Shown: piece by piece, positions 30,039 through 40,918 of the stretch | Layout: each line of letters starts with the position of its first letter | How positions within the stretch are numbered: the first letter of the stretch is position 1 | Source of the DNA: Minisyncoccota bacterium | Lineage (GTDB): Bacteria; Patescibacteriota; Minisyncoccia; Phycocordibacterales; JABAAK01 | Assembly (NCBI GenBank): GCA_963668425.1 | Contig: OY764332.1 | Location: 41,241 to 105,240 of the forward strand | Length of the DNA stretch: 64,000 bases | Direction: 5' to 3' | Translations under genes and position numbers: made by a program | The notes under the pieces: model-generated | Database searches by the model: none | Told to the model about the DNA's origin: nothing | The model's input: only the letters and a program-made list of their open reading frames with translations

Positions 30039-30632
30039 TTATGCCCTCCCGAGTAGATTTCCTAAGAAACTCCGACGATGAATCGGACTTGGTCCATGTT
30101 CTTTGATCATCTCCCTATGGTGTTTAGTGGCATATCCTTTATGTCGTTCAAAGCCGTATGCAGGAAACTGCTCGCTCATCTTGCACATCGTGTTATCACG
30201 AGATTCTTTGGCAATGATTGAGGCAAGTGAAATAAGTTGATTTTTTTCATCACCTTTGATGATGTGTGTTGTGTCGTATTCTTCTGGAATAGGTAATCCG
30301 TAATCAGCATATATATGCTTTATCGGTGTGCAGTATTGTAATTTAAGTAATGCTTCAGTTGATGCGGTGTGTAGCGCTCGACTAATACCACATGCGTCTA
30401 TTTCTCCTGCGGAAACAGAAAACACTGCACAATGAAAACTGTTTTTTTCCATTGTGTTTATCGCACGTATCAACCACTCTTGTCGTTTTTTCTGTGAAAG
30501 TTTTTTAGAGTCACGAATACCGGTTAATATTTTTTCTGGCATTTCACTATCTAGCCACTGCACCGCACATACGGTTACTGGACCTGCTAATGGTCCTCTC
30601 CCCACTTCATCTATTCCGACGCATCCTTTCAT
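30039..30632 (-). CDS. rnhB: Ribonuclease HII
   Basis: GIDEVGRGPLAGPV, IRDSKKL, KGDEK..ASIIAK..RD, HKGY..HRRSF. Confidence 0.96.
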   Translation of the reverse strand: MKGCVGIDEVGRGPLAGPVTVCAVQWLDSEMPEKILTGIRDSKKLSQKKRQEWLIRAINTMEKNSFHCAVFSVSAGEIDACGISRALHTASTEALLKLQYCTPIKHIYADYGLPIPEEYDTTHIIKGDEKNQLISLASIIAKESRDNTMCKMSEQFPAYGFERHKGYATKHHREMIKEHGPSPIHRRSFLGNLLGRA

Positions 30633-30804
30633 ATACTTTATTCTACACTATTATATTTGAAATTGATGTGTTGCTGTACATACTTCTCCTGTAGATGTTT
30701 TTAGAAAAGATTATCAGTATATAGTCAAGTGTTATAGGTAACCCGCACTTTGACTTGCAGTGCAACATATGGCGCACGGACAAAAAATGCTACACTGCTT
30801 GTAC

Positions 30805-33800
30805 ATGTTCGGCTATCTCAATACTCACAGTCACTATTCATTATTACGAGGAATAGCGAAGGTGCCGGCGTTATTGGAAAAAGCAAAGGCGACAGGATGT
30901 GATGCGATTGCGTTGACTGATACACATAATCTTTACGGTGCAATTGAGTTTTACAAAGAAGCGCGGGATGTGGGCATTCGTCCGATCTTAGGAGTTACAC
31001 TATTCATTCGTACTGCCGACACCGCACAACACACACCCATTGTCTTGCTCGCACAAAATAAACAAGGGTATCAGAATATCTTGGCGTTAACTACACAGGC
31101 ACATTTTGCAGAAGGAAAAATACCCGTCCTCACTTTAGAGAAAATTGATGCTTGTAAGAAAGGTATCATTGCACTTCTTCCTGCGTTGCACAACCCGGTA
31201 CAACAGTCGCTCATTCACCAAGATACGGCGACAGCGACGAGGCATCTCACTGCCTATAAAACTATCTTTGGGGAAAATCTTTTTATCGGCATCTCACCGC
31301 AAAACCCAACACCTAAAGATGGTACCGCTGTTGCTGCTCCAACAGAGGAGCTTGTTGCACTTGCGCGAGAGCACGCTGTCAGTGTTATTCCTGCTCCGTT
31401 GATTTATCTCTTAGAAGAAAGTGATAAAGAAGCGCGAGATGTTCTTCTCCGCATTCAGCGCACCACCTTGTCTAACCTTGAGGAAGAGGTGTTTGAAGAT
31501 GCACTCCTTTTCCCAAGTCGCGATCAGATAGAAGTATGGTGTCAGACCGCATGTCCTGAGGCAATGCAAAATCTTTCTGATCTCATAGAAAGTATTGATT
31601 GGGAATTGGAACTCGGGAATTGGGTCTTCCCTGACCCGCCAGTCGGTGATGATGCCCGCGATCATGAGGAGATTCTTCGTGACTACGTGGAGCAAGGATT
31701 TGCTCGTCGCGAGATTCAAAAAACAAAGGAAATAGAAGAACGAATTGCATTTGAACTCGGTGTCATTACCGAGCGTGGCTATACTGATTACTTCCTTTCA
31801 GTGATTAATCTCATTCATTATATGCATGACCATGGCATTCTTACTACCACACGCGGATCTGCCGCTGGTTCTATGGTGTCGTACTTGGCAGGCATCACGA
31901 ATGTCAACCCAATAGAATACCAACTTCCTTTTGAACGATTTCTCAATCCATTTCGCCCTTCCCCGCCTGATATTGATATGGATATTGCTGATAATCGCCG
32001 AAATGAAGTTATTGATTATATCTTACGTTGTTTTGGTAAAGAAAAGGTTGCACAAATTGGTACGCTCGGAACGATGATGGCGCGTGCTGCGGTACGTGAC
32101 ACTGCGCGTGCGCTTGGTTATTCATATATGACTGGCGACCGCATTGCCAAACTCATTCCGCCCGGTGCGCAAGGTGCGCCCATGTACATAGACACCGCGC
32201 TTGAGCAGGAAAAGGACTTGCGTGACTTGCATAATGGTGATGAAACCGTACAGCATATTATTCGTGTTGCTAAAAAAATAGAAGGTAACGCCCGGCATAT
32301 CTCGGTACATGCTGCCGGTGTGGTTATCTCTCCGAATACTGTGGCTGCCTATACCCCACTCGAGCGTGATCCGAAAGGTGTGACCAATCGCCCTATCACT
32401 CAATATGATATGCATGCAGTGGAGGATGCAGGACTGCTCAAGTTTGATATTCTCGGACTTACAAACCTTGCTATTCTTGCTGGTGCTGTGAAACTAACAC
32501 AGCAGGATAAGGATATTGCTGTTGATGTTGAGAAGATACCTGTTGATGATCGAAGGACCTATGAGATGATCGGCAAGGGGTACACTATCGGCGTGTTTCA
32601 GCTTGGCGGTGCTGGCATGACCTCTGTGCTCAAGCGTATGAAACCGACTTCTATGTATGACATCGCTGCGATTGTCGCGCTATATCGTCCAGGTCCGATG
32701 GGTAATATAGATGAGTATATCGCACGCAAGCAAGGTAAAAAGCCGGCTTCTTATATTCACCCCAAAATGGAATCATACCTTAAAAATTCTTATGGTGTAT
32801 TGGTGTATCAGGATGACCTTCTCTACACTGCTATTGAACTTGCTGGATATGACTGGAAGGAGGTGGATGTTTTCAGAAAAGCAGTTGGTAAAAAGATTCC
32901 TGAACTCATGGCGGAACAAGAAAAAATATTTAAAAAACGTGTGATAGAAATTAGTGGGCTTACAGATGCGCAGGCAAATAAATTGTGGGACTTGTTTGAG
33001 CCGTTCAAGGGCTATGGCTTTAATAAAGCACATGCGATGAGCTACGCGAAAGTTGCTTATCAAACGGCATATATGAAAGCACATTACCCCGCACAGTATA
33101 TGACCGCACACCTTACCGCCGTCTCAGGAGAAACAGATAATGTGGCAGAGTTGGTATATGAATCAAAACGTATTGGGCTTACCATACTGGCACCTGAATT
33201 AAATGAATCCGCTGTGTCGTTTAGCACTGAAAAAAATGCTACTGACAAAGAATCTATCCGCATCGGATTAGAAACCATTAAGCAGGTTGGTGGTGCTGTT
33301 GCACAGGCGATTGTTTCAGAGCGAGAAAAAAATGGTCATTACACCACATTGGAAGATTTCTTTATCCGTATTGGCTCGTATGGTGTCATTAGCAAACGTA
33401 GCTTGGAAGCACTTATCAAAACTGGTGTGTTTGATTCGTTTGATAAGCGTGATGTGCTGTTGGAGAATATATCGTTACTATTAGAATGCACTAAAGACAC
33501 CAAGGGCGCTGAACAGCAGCATGCTCTTTTTGATACTACGGCAACTATCTCACTGGAGTTGCAACCTGCAAAAATGCCGATTAGCAAAGCACAAGAGCTG
33601 TATTGGGAAAAAGAACTTCTCGGTGTGTATGTTTCTGGTCACCCACTTGACCTCTGTCAGCGAGAAGGATTGCATTTGCAGGATATCCAGCGCAGAGAAA
33701 AGAAAAAGAAAGTTATGGTTACTGCCGTCATCAGCGACATCAAACCATTCAGAAGCAAATCGGGCAGAAAAATGTATTTTGTCACTCTTGAAGATGATCA

Positions 33801-34095
33801 CAACAATAAACTAGAGGCCGTCTACTTCTTTCCAGAAAATAAAGAAGAGGCAGAAAAAGCAGAAGAGCAATACGAACCTCTGCTTGCCCTGTATCGCCCC
33901 GTTAAAATTCGCGGCATTACTTCATTCAGAAACAATGAAATTACTATTCGTATAGATAGTATAGAAAATCCGATACCGGTGGTGAATGAGCAAGTGGTCA
34001 CGCCGCACATGAGCCAGCACCGTGCTTCTGCACATACTTTTGATGATACTCCTCTGCCTCATGAAACTGCACAGCCGGTACAACATCCGTCATAA
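30805..34095 (+). CDS. dnaE: DNA polymerase III alpha subunit
   Basis: HSHYSLL PHP, RGSAAGS, FERFLNP, PPDIDMD, GYGFNKAHA; probable start MFGYLNTH at 30805. Confidence 0.97.
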   Translation: MFGYLNTHSHYSLLRGIAKVPALLEKAKATGCDAIALTDTHNLYGAIEFYKEARDVGIRPILGVTLFIRTADTAQHTPIVLLAQNKQGYQNILALTTQAHFAEGKIPVLTLEKIDACKKGIIALLPALHNPVQQSLIHQDTATATRHLTAYKTIFGENLFIGISPQNPTPKDGTAVAAPTEELVALAREHAVSVIPAPLIYLLEESDKEARDVLLRIQRTTLSNLEEEVFEDALLFPSRDQIEVWCQTACPEAMQNLSDLIESIDWELELGNWVFPDPPVGDDARDHEEILRDYVEQGFARREIQKTKEIEERIAFELGVITERGYTDYFLSVINLIHYMHDHGILTTTRGSAAGSMVSYLAGITNVNPIEYQLPFERFLNPFRPSPPDIDMDIADNRRNEVIDYILRCFGKEKVAQIGTLGTMMARAAVRDTARALGYSYMTGDRIAKLIPPGAQGAPMYIDTALEQEKDLRDLHNGDETVQHIIRVAKKIEGNARHISVHAAGVVISPNTVAAYTPLERDPKGVTNRPITQYDMHAVEDAGLLKFDILGLTNLAILAGAVKLTQQDKDIAVDVEKIPVDDRRTYEMIGKGYTIGVFQLGGAGMTSVLKRMKPTSMYDIAAIVALYRPGPMGNIDEYIARKQGKKPASYIHPKMESYLKNSYGVLVYQDDLLYTAIELAGYDWKEVDVFRKAVGKKIPELMAEQEKIFKKRVIEISGLTDAQANKLWDLFEPFKGYGFNKAHAMSYAKVAYQTAYMKAHYPAQYMTAHLTAVSGETDNVAELVYESKRIGLTILAPELNESAVSFSTEKNATDKESIRIGLETIKQVGGAVAQAIVSEREKNGHYTTLEDFFIRIGSYGVISKRSLEALIKTGVFDSFDKRDVLLENISLLLECTKDTKGAEQQHALFDTTATISLELQPAKMPISKAQELYWEKELLGVYVSGHPLDLCQREGLHLQDIQRREKKKKVMVTAVISDIKPFRSKSGRKMYFVTLEDDHNNKLEAVYFFPENKEEAEKAEEQYEPLLALYRPVKIRGITSFRNNEITIRIDSIENPIPVVNEQVVTPHMSQHRASAHTFDDTPLPHETAQPVQHPS

Positions 34096-34471
34096 TTGGT
34101 GATTTGTATACACCCACATCCTGCAGTGCTTGTTTTGATTTCTCTGCCGCTTCTTTTTGCGCGTCAGTGTGATAAAAGATAACTGAGTGGTACTGCTCTC
34201 CGATATCAAGCCCCTGACGGTTTGCTGTTGTTGGATCGTGTATGCTCCAAAATGTTTTCAGCAATTGCTCGTATGTTATTTGCTCGGGGTCAAATACAAC
34301 CTCAACTGCCTCTTTGTGTCCAGTATCGCCATTGCATACCATTTCATACGTTGGGCTCTTGGCACTGCCTCCAGCATATCCAACTCGTGTCTTTAGCACT
34401 CCAGGTAGTTTCATAAATGTATTCTCTACACCCCAAAAACACCCTGCTGCAAATGTTGCTTTCTCTTCCAT
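33998..34471 (-). CDS. msrA: Peptide methionine (S)-sulfoxide reductase
   Basis: FAAGCFWGVE, GHKEAV, HDPT, AEEYHQKY. Confidence 0.96.
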   Translation of the reverse strand: MEEKATFAAGCFWGVENTFMKLPGVLKTRVGYAGGSAKSPTYEMVCNGDTGHKEAVEVVFDPEQITYEQLLKTFWSIHDPTTANRQGLDIGEQYHSVIFYHTDAQKEAAEKSKQALQDVGVYKSPIMTDVVPAVQFHEAEEYHQKYVQKHGAGSCAA

Positions 34472-34621
34472 ATACCATGCAGTGTACGATACTTCTCAGA
34501 TGTTATATCAAATCGTATATTGTAAAGAATAAAAAATATGGCCACCCTCATCACCTTGTCACTTTCTTTTTCAATTATTCCTACTGCCCTTTTCACTCTT
34601 CATGGAATGTAAAGGGTGCTT

Positions 34622-34697
34622 TGGTGGACTGTAGCGGGATTGAACCGCTGACCTCTCGCATGCCATGCGAGCGCTCTACCAGCTGAGCTAACAGCCC
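34622..34697 (-). tRNA. tRNA-Ala(GGC)
   Basis: GGGCTGT/ACAGTCC-ACCA, anticodon arm CTCGC-AT-GGC-AT-GCGAG. Confidence 0.96.
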
Positions 34698-34706
34698 TTG
34701 CCCCAG

Positions 34707-34777
34707 TCGGACTGCCGGGAATCGAACCCGGACCACACGCACCCCATGCGTGCACACTACCACTATGCTACAGTCCG
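34707..34777 (-). tRNA. tRNA-Pro(GGG)
   Basis: CGGACTG/CAGTCCG, anticodon arm CACGC-AT-GGG-GT-GCGTG. Confidence 0.94.
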
Positions 34778-34897
34778 TGTCGCTTTCATGCTACTAGTAT
34801 ACAGAATCTTTCTCTCACTTCTGCTTTTTTGGCACTGTTGCTCTTTTGGCAATATTTTTATTTGATTACATATTATCTGTGCTATACTATCTTACAC

Positions 34898-35128
34898 ATG
34901 GAGCATGATACTCAGAAAAAATTTGCGGATGGACTTTTTTTCAGCAGAAATAATAATGCACCTGATTTTGTTGTAGGGTCGCTTGGCATACAAGTTGAAA
35001 AGGCGGTCGCATGGATCGGGCAGCAAAAGCAGAAGGAAAATGGTTTTATTAATGTTGATATTAAAAAGTCCCGAGAAGGAAAATACTACCTTGAACTGAA
35101 TGACTTTGAACCAAAACGGGGGCAATAA
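34898..35128 (+). CDS. Small phage-like hypothetical protein
   Basis: MEHDTQKKFADGLFF..APDFVVGSL..GFINVDIKKSREGKYYLELNDFEPK; TATACT shortly before the ATG. Confidence 0.65.
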   Translation: MEHDTQKKFADGLFFSRNNNAPDFVVGSLGIQVEKAVAWIGQQKQKENGFINVDIKKSREGKYYLELNDFEPKRGQ

Positions 35129-35186
35129 GAGGGGTGTCTGTTGGTTGCTGGTAGGATCTGCCTATTAATGCGGTATAGTTACAGTA

Positions 35187-36674
35187 ATGCCTCAGAGACA
35201 GGAAACATACATTGAAGCGAAAGATATTATTGCTGCTATGCAGCAGAGGTCTACTATGCAGGAGAGAAAAATGATTGAGCGAGCATGTGCGTTCGCTCAA
35301 AAAAAACATGCAGGACAGACACGCTATTCAGGAGAGCCGTATTATACACACCCGCTAGAAGTTGGACGGCTTCTTGCGGAGGTTGGCATGTCTGCAGAAG
35401 TAGTTGTTGCCGGCATTCTGCATGACACACTTGAAGACACTGATACCTCTGCTAAAGAATTAGAAAAAGAATTCACTAAAAAGGTGGCATTTTTTGTTGG
35501 CGGTGTGAGTAATCTTGGTAAGGTGCGGTACCAAGGACTTGATGCACGAGTAAAATCTTTGCAAAAGCTCCTTGTCGCAACCTCAAAAGACATTCGTGTT
35601 ATTATTATCAAGCTGATGGACCGACTTCACAACATGCGCACTCTTGGCGCTGTCCCAAAAACTAAACAAAAACGTATTGCCAAAGAGACACAACAGGTGT
35701 ATGCGCCGATTGCCGATCGCCTCGGTATGGGAATGCTGAAAACAGAATTGGAAGAGCTTGCCTTTAAGCATCTTGACCCCTCAACCTACACTGATCTTAA
35801 GAAAGAGATTGATACTGCTATCGGCTCAATCTCAATGCCCGCTATAGAGAAGAAGGTAAAAAAGATACTTGCTGATATGGATATCACTGACAGCATCATT
35901 ACTTCTCGAATAAAAAGTGTGTACAGCACCTATATGAAAATGCGGTACAAAAAATACACCCTTGAGCAGATACAGGACTTGGCAGCTCTGCGTATCTTAG
36001 TCCATACTGTGCCGGACGCATACAGCGTGTTAGGTATTTTACATGCAGAATGGCGATCTATCCCTGGGGCACTTAAAGATTACATCTCTCTTCCGAAGCC
36101 GAATGGTTACCAATCACTTCATACTCGGATACTCATAGATAAACATATTCTTGAAGTGCAAATACTCACCCATGAAATGTATCGGCATGCACAGTTTGGT
36201 ATTGCTGCGCATTTCTCGTATAAAGATAAACGACATGGAATAGTGAGTTTGGAGCTGGAATGGTTTGATACATTGCTTGCCAATAAAAAAGGTGCGAAAC
36301 GGATACCGTGGTCAGAGAGAATTGCTACAACACAGCAGAAAATCGCCGATGACCCTGATTTTATGGATACTATGCAGTCGGATTTTTTACAGGAGCGAAT
36401 GTTTATTTTTACCCCGAAGGGTGAAGTGGTTGACCTGCCTCAAAAAGCAACTCCTGTTGATTTTGCGTTTGCTATTCATGGCGATATTGGCAAACACGCC
36501 GAAGGTGCATTTGTTAATGGCAAATATGTATCCCTTCGTCATGAATTGCAGAATGGTGATGTGGTTACTATTAAAGTTGGCAAGAAAGCGACTGTAAACA
36601 AAAAATGGCTTGATTGGGTTAAAACAACTGAGGCACGTGCTCGTATTCGTAACCTTACAAAGAAAAATTCTTAA
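35187..36674 (+). CDS. rel: RelA/SpoT family (p)ppGpp synthetase/hydrolase (HD + SYNTH + TGS, no ACT)
   Basis: HAGQTRYSGEPY, LHDTLED, DRLHNMRTL, PKPNGYQSLH, FTPKG..TPVDFAFAIH. Confidence 0.94.
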   Translation: MPQRQETYIEAKDIIAAMQQRSTMQERKMIERACAFAQKKHAGQTRYSGEPYYTHPLEVGRLLAEVGMSAEVVVAGILHDTLEDTDTSAKELEKEFTKKVAFFVGGVSNLGKVRYQGLDARVKSLQKLLVATSKDIRVIIIKLMDRLHNMRTLGAVPKTKQKRIAKETQQVYAPIADRLGMGMLKTELEELAFKHLDPSTYTDLKKEIDTAIGSISMPAIEKKVKKILADMDITDSIITSRIKSVYSTYMKMRYKKYTLEQIQDLAALRILVHTVPDAYSVLGILHAEWRSIPGALKDYISLPKPNGYQSLHTRILIDKHILEVQILTHEMYRHAQFGIAAHFSYKDKRHGIVSLELEWFDTLLANKKGAKRIPWSERIATTQQKIADDPDFMDTMQSDFLQERMFIFTPKGEVVDLPQKATPVDFAFAIHGDIGKHAEGAFVNGKYVSLRHELQNGDVVTIKVGKKATVNKKWLDWVKTTEARARIRNLTKKNS

Positions 36675-37629
36675 AATTGTACATCTCGTCTTCGGTTCCT
36701 TCTGTCTCCCCAATATCCTCTTCCTCTTCAAGAGTGATGGTTGTCACTGCGTCTGTACTGGTACTACCCTGCTCTGCTCCAGATGCATCTTCTAGTTTAT
36801 TGATAATGCCTTCCAAATCTTGTCCAGAGAAATAATCAATTACGATTTTGCCACCGGTCTCTCCTTGTGAGCGGATATGCACTCGTGTCTCTAGAAAACC
36901 TTCCAATACTGATTGTGCTTTTTGTACATATGGATCATGCTCAATTTTTCGTGCGCGGTTTTTTGCTTGCCGTCGCGCGATGAGCTCTGAATCCCGCACT
37001 GTTATTCTTCGATTTACAATTTCGTCAAATAATGCTCGTTGATCATCGGGGGTCTCCACCAACATTAGCAATGGTCTGGTATGCCCTTCCGATATTTTTT
37101 TATCCGTTACCGCCTGAATCATGTCCTCTGGCAGTGTTAGGAGGCGTATACTGTTTGATATGTATTCCCTACTACGACTCATCCGCTGCGCTACTTCGGT
37201 GTGCGTCATATTAAAATCTTCAATGAGCTGCTTGAATGCACGTGCTCGATCAATAGGGTTCAAATCATCCCGTTCAAGGTTTTCTATCATTGCTAATTCA
37301 AGTCGTATGTTATTTTCAGATATATCAACCCTGATTACTGCTGGCACTTCGGAGAGCCCGGCGATTTTTGATGCACGCAATCGTCGCTCTCCTGCGATAA
37401 GTTCGTATCGGGCTGACATATCACCTGTATCAGCAACGTCCTCTTTTTTTGTGACCACTAATGGCTGCAATACTCCATATCGCCGAATTGATTGTGCTAA
37501 GCTTTGTAATTTACCATCTTCAAACTCTTTTCTAGGTTGAAACGGATTTGGGTCAATTTTGTCAACTGATAGCCAGAATACTGACGGCTGGCTGTTATTA
37601 CCTGTATTCTGCACTATACTTTCCTCCAT
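36655..37629 (-). CDS. parB: ParB/Spo0J partition protein
   Basis: PNPFQPRKEF, GVLQPL, LIAGERRLRA, IENLERDDLNPI, HTH; probable start MEESIVQ. Confidence 0.94.
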   Translation of the reverse strand: MEESIVQNTGNNSQPSVFWLSVDKIDPNPFQPRKEFEDGKLQSLAQSIRRYGVLQPLVVTKKEDVADTGDMSARYELIAGERRLRASKIAGLSEVPAVIRVDISENNIRLELAMIENLERDDLNPIDRARAFKQLIEDFNMTHTEVAQRMSRSREYISNSIRLLTLPEDMIQAVTDKKISEGHTRPLLMLVETPDDQRALFDEIVNRRITVRDSELIARRQAKNRARKIEHDPYVQKAQSVLEGFLETRVHIRSQGETGGKIVIDYFSGQDLEGIINKLEDASGAEQGSTSTDAVTTITLEEEEDIGETEGTEDEMYNFKNFSL

Positions 37630-37819
37630 ATAGTATGCAGTATACAGTATTCTTGTTATTCGTATATTGCTGGGCGGACACAAGAGGCATTCATTCTATA
37701 CTACCGATCTTCCGTTTATCCCTACCTACTTCCCTGCGTTATTTCTTTCCTGTGGTGCTGTATACTGCTCTGTGTAGGATTGTTCCTATAACAAATTATT
37801 AAGATATGATATTTAACCT

Positions 37820-38464
37820 ATGTTACAATTAAAAAATAGACAGTTGTTGTACGCTGGGATTGGTGTTACGCTTGCGTTTGTTGTTTCTATGCTGTTCGTG
37901 CTTACCTTGTACGCTGAAAATGAGGTTCACTCCAAGCGAAGTATGCACTCATCGGAAACCAAAAGTGCAATTCACACAGCATTTGAGGATAATGACTACG
38001 ATGCTTATGTTATGGCTGTTACTGAGAAAAATAAGCAATCTATACTAACTGAAGAAGAGTTCAATAGTCATGTTCAAAAAATTGCTAAAAAACAGCAGAT
38101 TCGGGATGCGCTTACCGCTGACGACTATGATGCCTACCTTAAGCTTACTGACGGAAGTATGCACCAGTTATCTGAAGCAGCATTTACCAAGAAATCAAAA
38201 ATGCTTGCGCTGAAAGAAGAGATCAAAACAGCACTAGAAGGTCGCGATTATACCTCTTTCACACAAAAGAAACAGGCATTGCAAGAGTTGCTTGGTGATG
38301 AATATGTAAGTCATAAAGGTCATGGTGACTCAGAGGAGATAACTGAAGAGCGGTTCGGCATGCTTGCTGATAGAGCTGAACAGCATGGTACTGAAGGTTT
38401 TGCTGGAAAAAAGCAGCAAGGTTATCACAACAAGTGCGGACACTCGTCCTACCACTCTTGGTAA
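37820..38464 (+). CDS. Secreted/anchored helical-repeat hypothetical protein
   Basis: N-terminal hydrophobic segment; three I..A....DY.A[YF] repeats. Confidence 0.75.
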   Translation: MLQLKNRQLLYAGIGVTLAFVVSMLFVLTLYAENEVHSKRSMHSSETKSAIHTAFEDNDYDAYVMAVTEKNKQSILTEEEFNSHVQKIAKKQQIRDALTADDYDAYLKLTDGSMHQLSEAAFTKKSKMLALKEEIKTALEGRDYTSFTQKKQALQELLGDEYVSHKGHGDSEEITEERFGMLADRAEQHGTEGFAGKKQQGYHNKCGHSSYHSW

Positions 38465-38638
38465 CTGAACACAAAGATGAAACGCAAAAAATATTTTTTG
38501 CGCGACATCATAAGAAAAACCCACCACGTTCCGTAAAAAGAATGTGGTGGTTTTCTTTTGAGTACAGTAGTGCGGACATATTATTTTTTATCTCTGTGTG
38601 CTGGCAAGGAGAAAGTGCTCAAACCATTGTAGTAAATA

Positions 38639-39520
38639 TTAGTATGCTTTCACACACGCCACAACTTCGCTATCAGGTCCTATGTTGTACGATGATCCTT
38701 GGACAAGAGGATTGACATCATACATGTTTAAATATTTTAATATCTTGATAAGATCAAAACTTTCAGTTTGTGAGTACACTGTACTTACGGAATTTATAAA
38801 AGATCCACTGTTTCTTTGTGGCAACATAAAATCCTCTGAGAGACAATTCTTTTCTAATATATTCTTATTAAAATACTCAACTGTCTTTTTATGTATATCA
38901 GTATATAACACCTCACCTTCACGCTGATCTCCATGCGCTAATTGATTTCTCATTTTCCAGGCCTTATCTTTGAGATCTTTTCCCAAAATTTCTTTAAGTA
39001 TCTCATCTTTATCTCCCTTACTCTTCGCCAGTGCTTCTAATGCAAAGAACATCAACGATAATTTTCCAATATAATTGTGTGTCATTGATGCATCTGCCCA
39101 ATATAAATAAAACTCCTCTGACACTCTCTGCTCACTCAATTCTTTCAATATAGGGAGAGTTGTGAGGTGGTTGAAGCTATTCCCAACGTTTCTATATAGC
39201 GCCCTCCAAAGAATTGCATGACCTGCTCCCTCTTTATAACAGACAGTTCCATACTGTTTTTCCACGGATGTTTGTGCTATGAATATTATTTTTGGCAACC
39301 ACTGATCCACCTCTTTAGAAAATTCCTTTAGTGCCATCTTGTGATTTTCTCCTTTAAATTCACCGAAAACTGCAATCCTATTTTTAGATATTGAGCAAAA
39401 GTTAAGATTGCCAATGGGCAATACGCTTTTAGGGTCAGGAGCATTTTTATAGCTTTGGTAATTTTCTCCACAGAAGTCAATCGAGCTCTGGTAACTTCGT
39501 GCAATACGATATGTATTCAT
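38639..39520 (-). CDS. Hypothetical protein with a HEPN-like (Apea/MauJ-like) C-terminal domain
   Basis: FFALEALA followed by MRNQLAHG (R-x4-H); AT-rich. Confidence 0.6.
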   Translation of the reverse strand: MNTYRIARSYQSSIDFCGENYQSYKNAPDPKSVLPIGNLNFCSISKNRIAVFGEFKGENHKMALKEFSKEVDQWLPKIIFIAQTSVEKQYGTVCYKEGAGHAILWRALYRNVGNSFNHLTTLPILKELSEQRVSEEFYLYWADASMTHNYIGKLSLMFFALEALAKSKGDKDEILKEILGKDLKDKAWKMRNQLAHGDQREGEVLYTDIHKKTVEYFNKNILEKNCLSEDFMLPQRNSGSFINSVSTVYSQTESFDLIKILKYLNMYDVNPLVQGSSYNIGPDSEVVACVKAY

Positions 39521-39588
39521 ATTTTTATACTGTACCACACAGTACTCTATTTTTTATTTGCTAAAAGATAAATGAAGATGTTATTACA

Positions 39589-40014
39589 CTACTCCAAACG
39601 TTTTGAGTTTATTGACTTATGTAACTCTATGTACTCACTAACTGGACCAATTTTCATTTCCAAACCTTCTGTTCCTGCTGTACTTAGGTATATTCTGGCA
39701 ACGCCAAGCATTCTTTCTGCAACATTTTGTTTATAATAAACGTTTTTAATATCTGAATAATTCGTGTCAACAAAATCTCTTGATACAAAACTAAATAACC
39801 TACTCACTCTCTTGTTCGTTACTGCAAAATGAGTACATCGCACCTGTACTTCTATCACAATCACAATTATTAGCGGAATAATGATTGTCCAGCAGAGGAC
39901 TATTGCAATAAGATATCGCACCCAAAAAATCCTTCGTGGATGTTTGTATATTTTTTCAATTTTTTCACCGTCAACAAGATGTTTTTTAATACAATCTGGT
40001 ATATCTTTTTTCAT
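39589..40014 (-). CDS. Membrane protein with a bacterial PH (bPH_2) domain
   Basis: TM hairpin, then FAVTNKRV..YSDIKNVYYKQ..ERMLG..I.LSTAG. Confidence 0.8.
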   Translation of the reverse strand: MKKDIPDCIKKHLVDGEKIEKIYKHPRRIFWVRYLIAIVLCWTIIIPLIIVIVIEVQVRCTHFAVTNKRVSRLFSFVSRDFVDTNYSDIKNVYYKQNVAERMLGVARIYLSTAGTEGLEMKIGPVSEYIELHKSINSKRLE

Positions 40015-40117
40015 ACTGTACTACTATTGTACACATTAAATCTGAAGCTCTTCAGCACAATAAGTTTTACAGGTCTTTGCAAATAATATATAAGTAGGAG
40101 ATTGTACTACATATCAA

Positions 40118-40918
40118 CTACAGAATCACTTTTTGTTTTTCGTAGAGCATTGGGAGAGTATTTTGCCTCATGCGGAATTTGGTGCCGTGGTTGTGTCTGG
40201 TACGAGCATCAAAATCAATAAGTATCTTCCCCTCTTCCAGCGCTTTCAGAAATCCTGTGAAAGTGAATTTCTGCAACATCATAATTTTTGTATAATGGTA
40301 GTGTTCTTTGTTGCGTATCTTTTTTACTTCCGCCTGTACATAAAAAGTATTGAGCAGTTTTGTCCCAGCTGTATGCTCTAAGTCGTCAAACCCCCAATAC
40401 GGTTGCGGGTCAAACTCATCTAGTCCTGCGCGTTTTTTGACGGATGCAAGCCATTGTTTATGCCGAACGTCAACACTCCCAGCATCAAAAGAAACAGCTA
40501 CTTTCTGGTTTTTTCGATCAATCTTCACCATAAACCCACGATCGCTACGTGATTGACCATGTATGGTCACACGAAAACTCATCTCATTTTTTGGGTACCT
40601 TCCGCCGCTTTCCCTGTGTCTCCAGCCGTATAAGGGGAGGAGTACTTGTGGCACAAGTCGTAGTGCGCGAGGTGATGGTTCACAATGAAACAGTGTTGTA
40701 AGCGAGGAGGAATTGACACGTTGCGTCTTTAATTCCCACTCTGCAGCATTTGGTATAGGCAAATTATTCTCTTCAATGCCGAGCAAGTCCTCAAGCGTGT
40801 TGCCAACACCGCCATCGTTACCGTGCCGCGTGTTTGGTACCCACTCCATTTCTACAATCTTTTTTAACTTTTCTGTTAGCCCTCTTTTTGTATATATCTT
40901 TTGCTTTTTTACTCTCAT
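40118..40918 (-). CDS. MvaI/BcnI family type II restriction endonuclease
   Basis: GGVGNTLEDLLGIEENN, EWELK, TTLFH.EP, HNHGTKFR; ATGA overlap with the methyltransferase stop. Confidence 0.88.
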   Translation of the reverse strand: MRVKKQKIYTKRGLTEKLKKIVEMEWVPNTRHGNDGGVGNTLEDLLGIEENNLPIPNAAEWELKTQRVNSSSLTTLFHCEPSPRALRLVPQVLLPLYGWRHRESGGRYPKNEMSFRVTIHGQSRSDRGFMVKIDRKNQKVAVSFDAGSVDVRHKQWLASVKKRAGLDEFDPQPYWGFDDLEHTAGTKLLNTFYVQAEVKKIRNKEHYHYTKIMMLQKFTFTGFLKALEEGKILIDFDARTRHNHGTKFRMRQNTLPMLYEKQKVIL

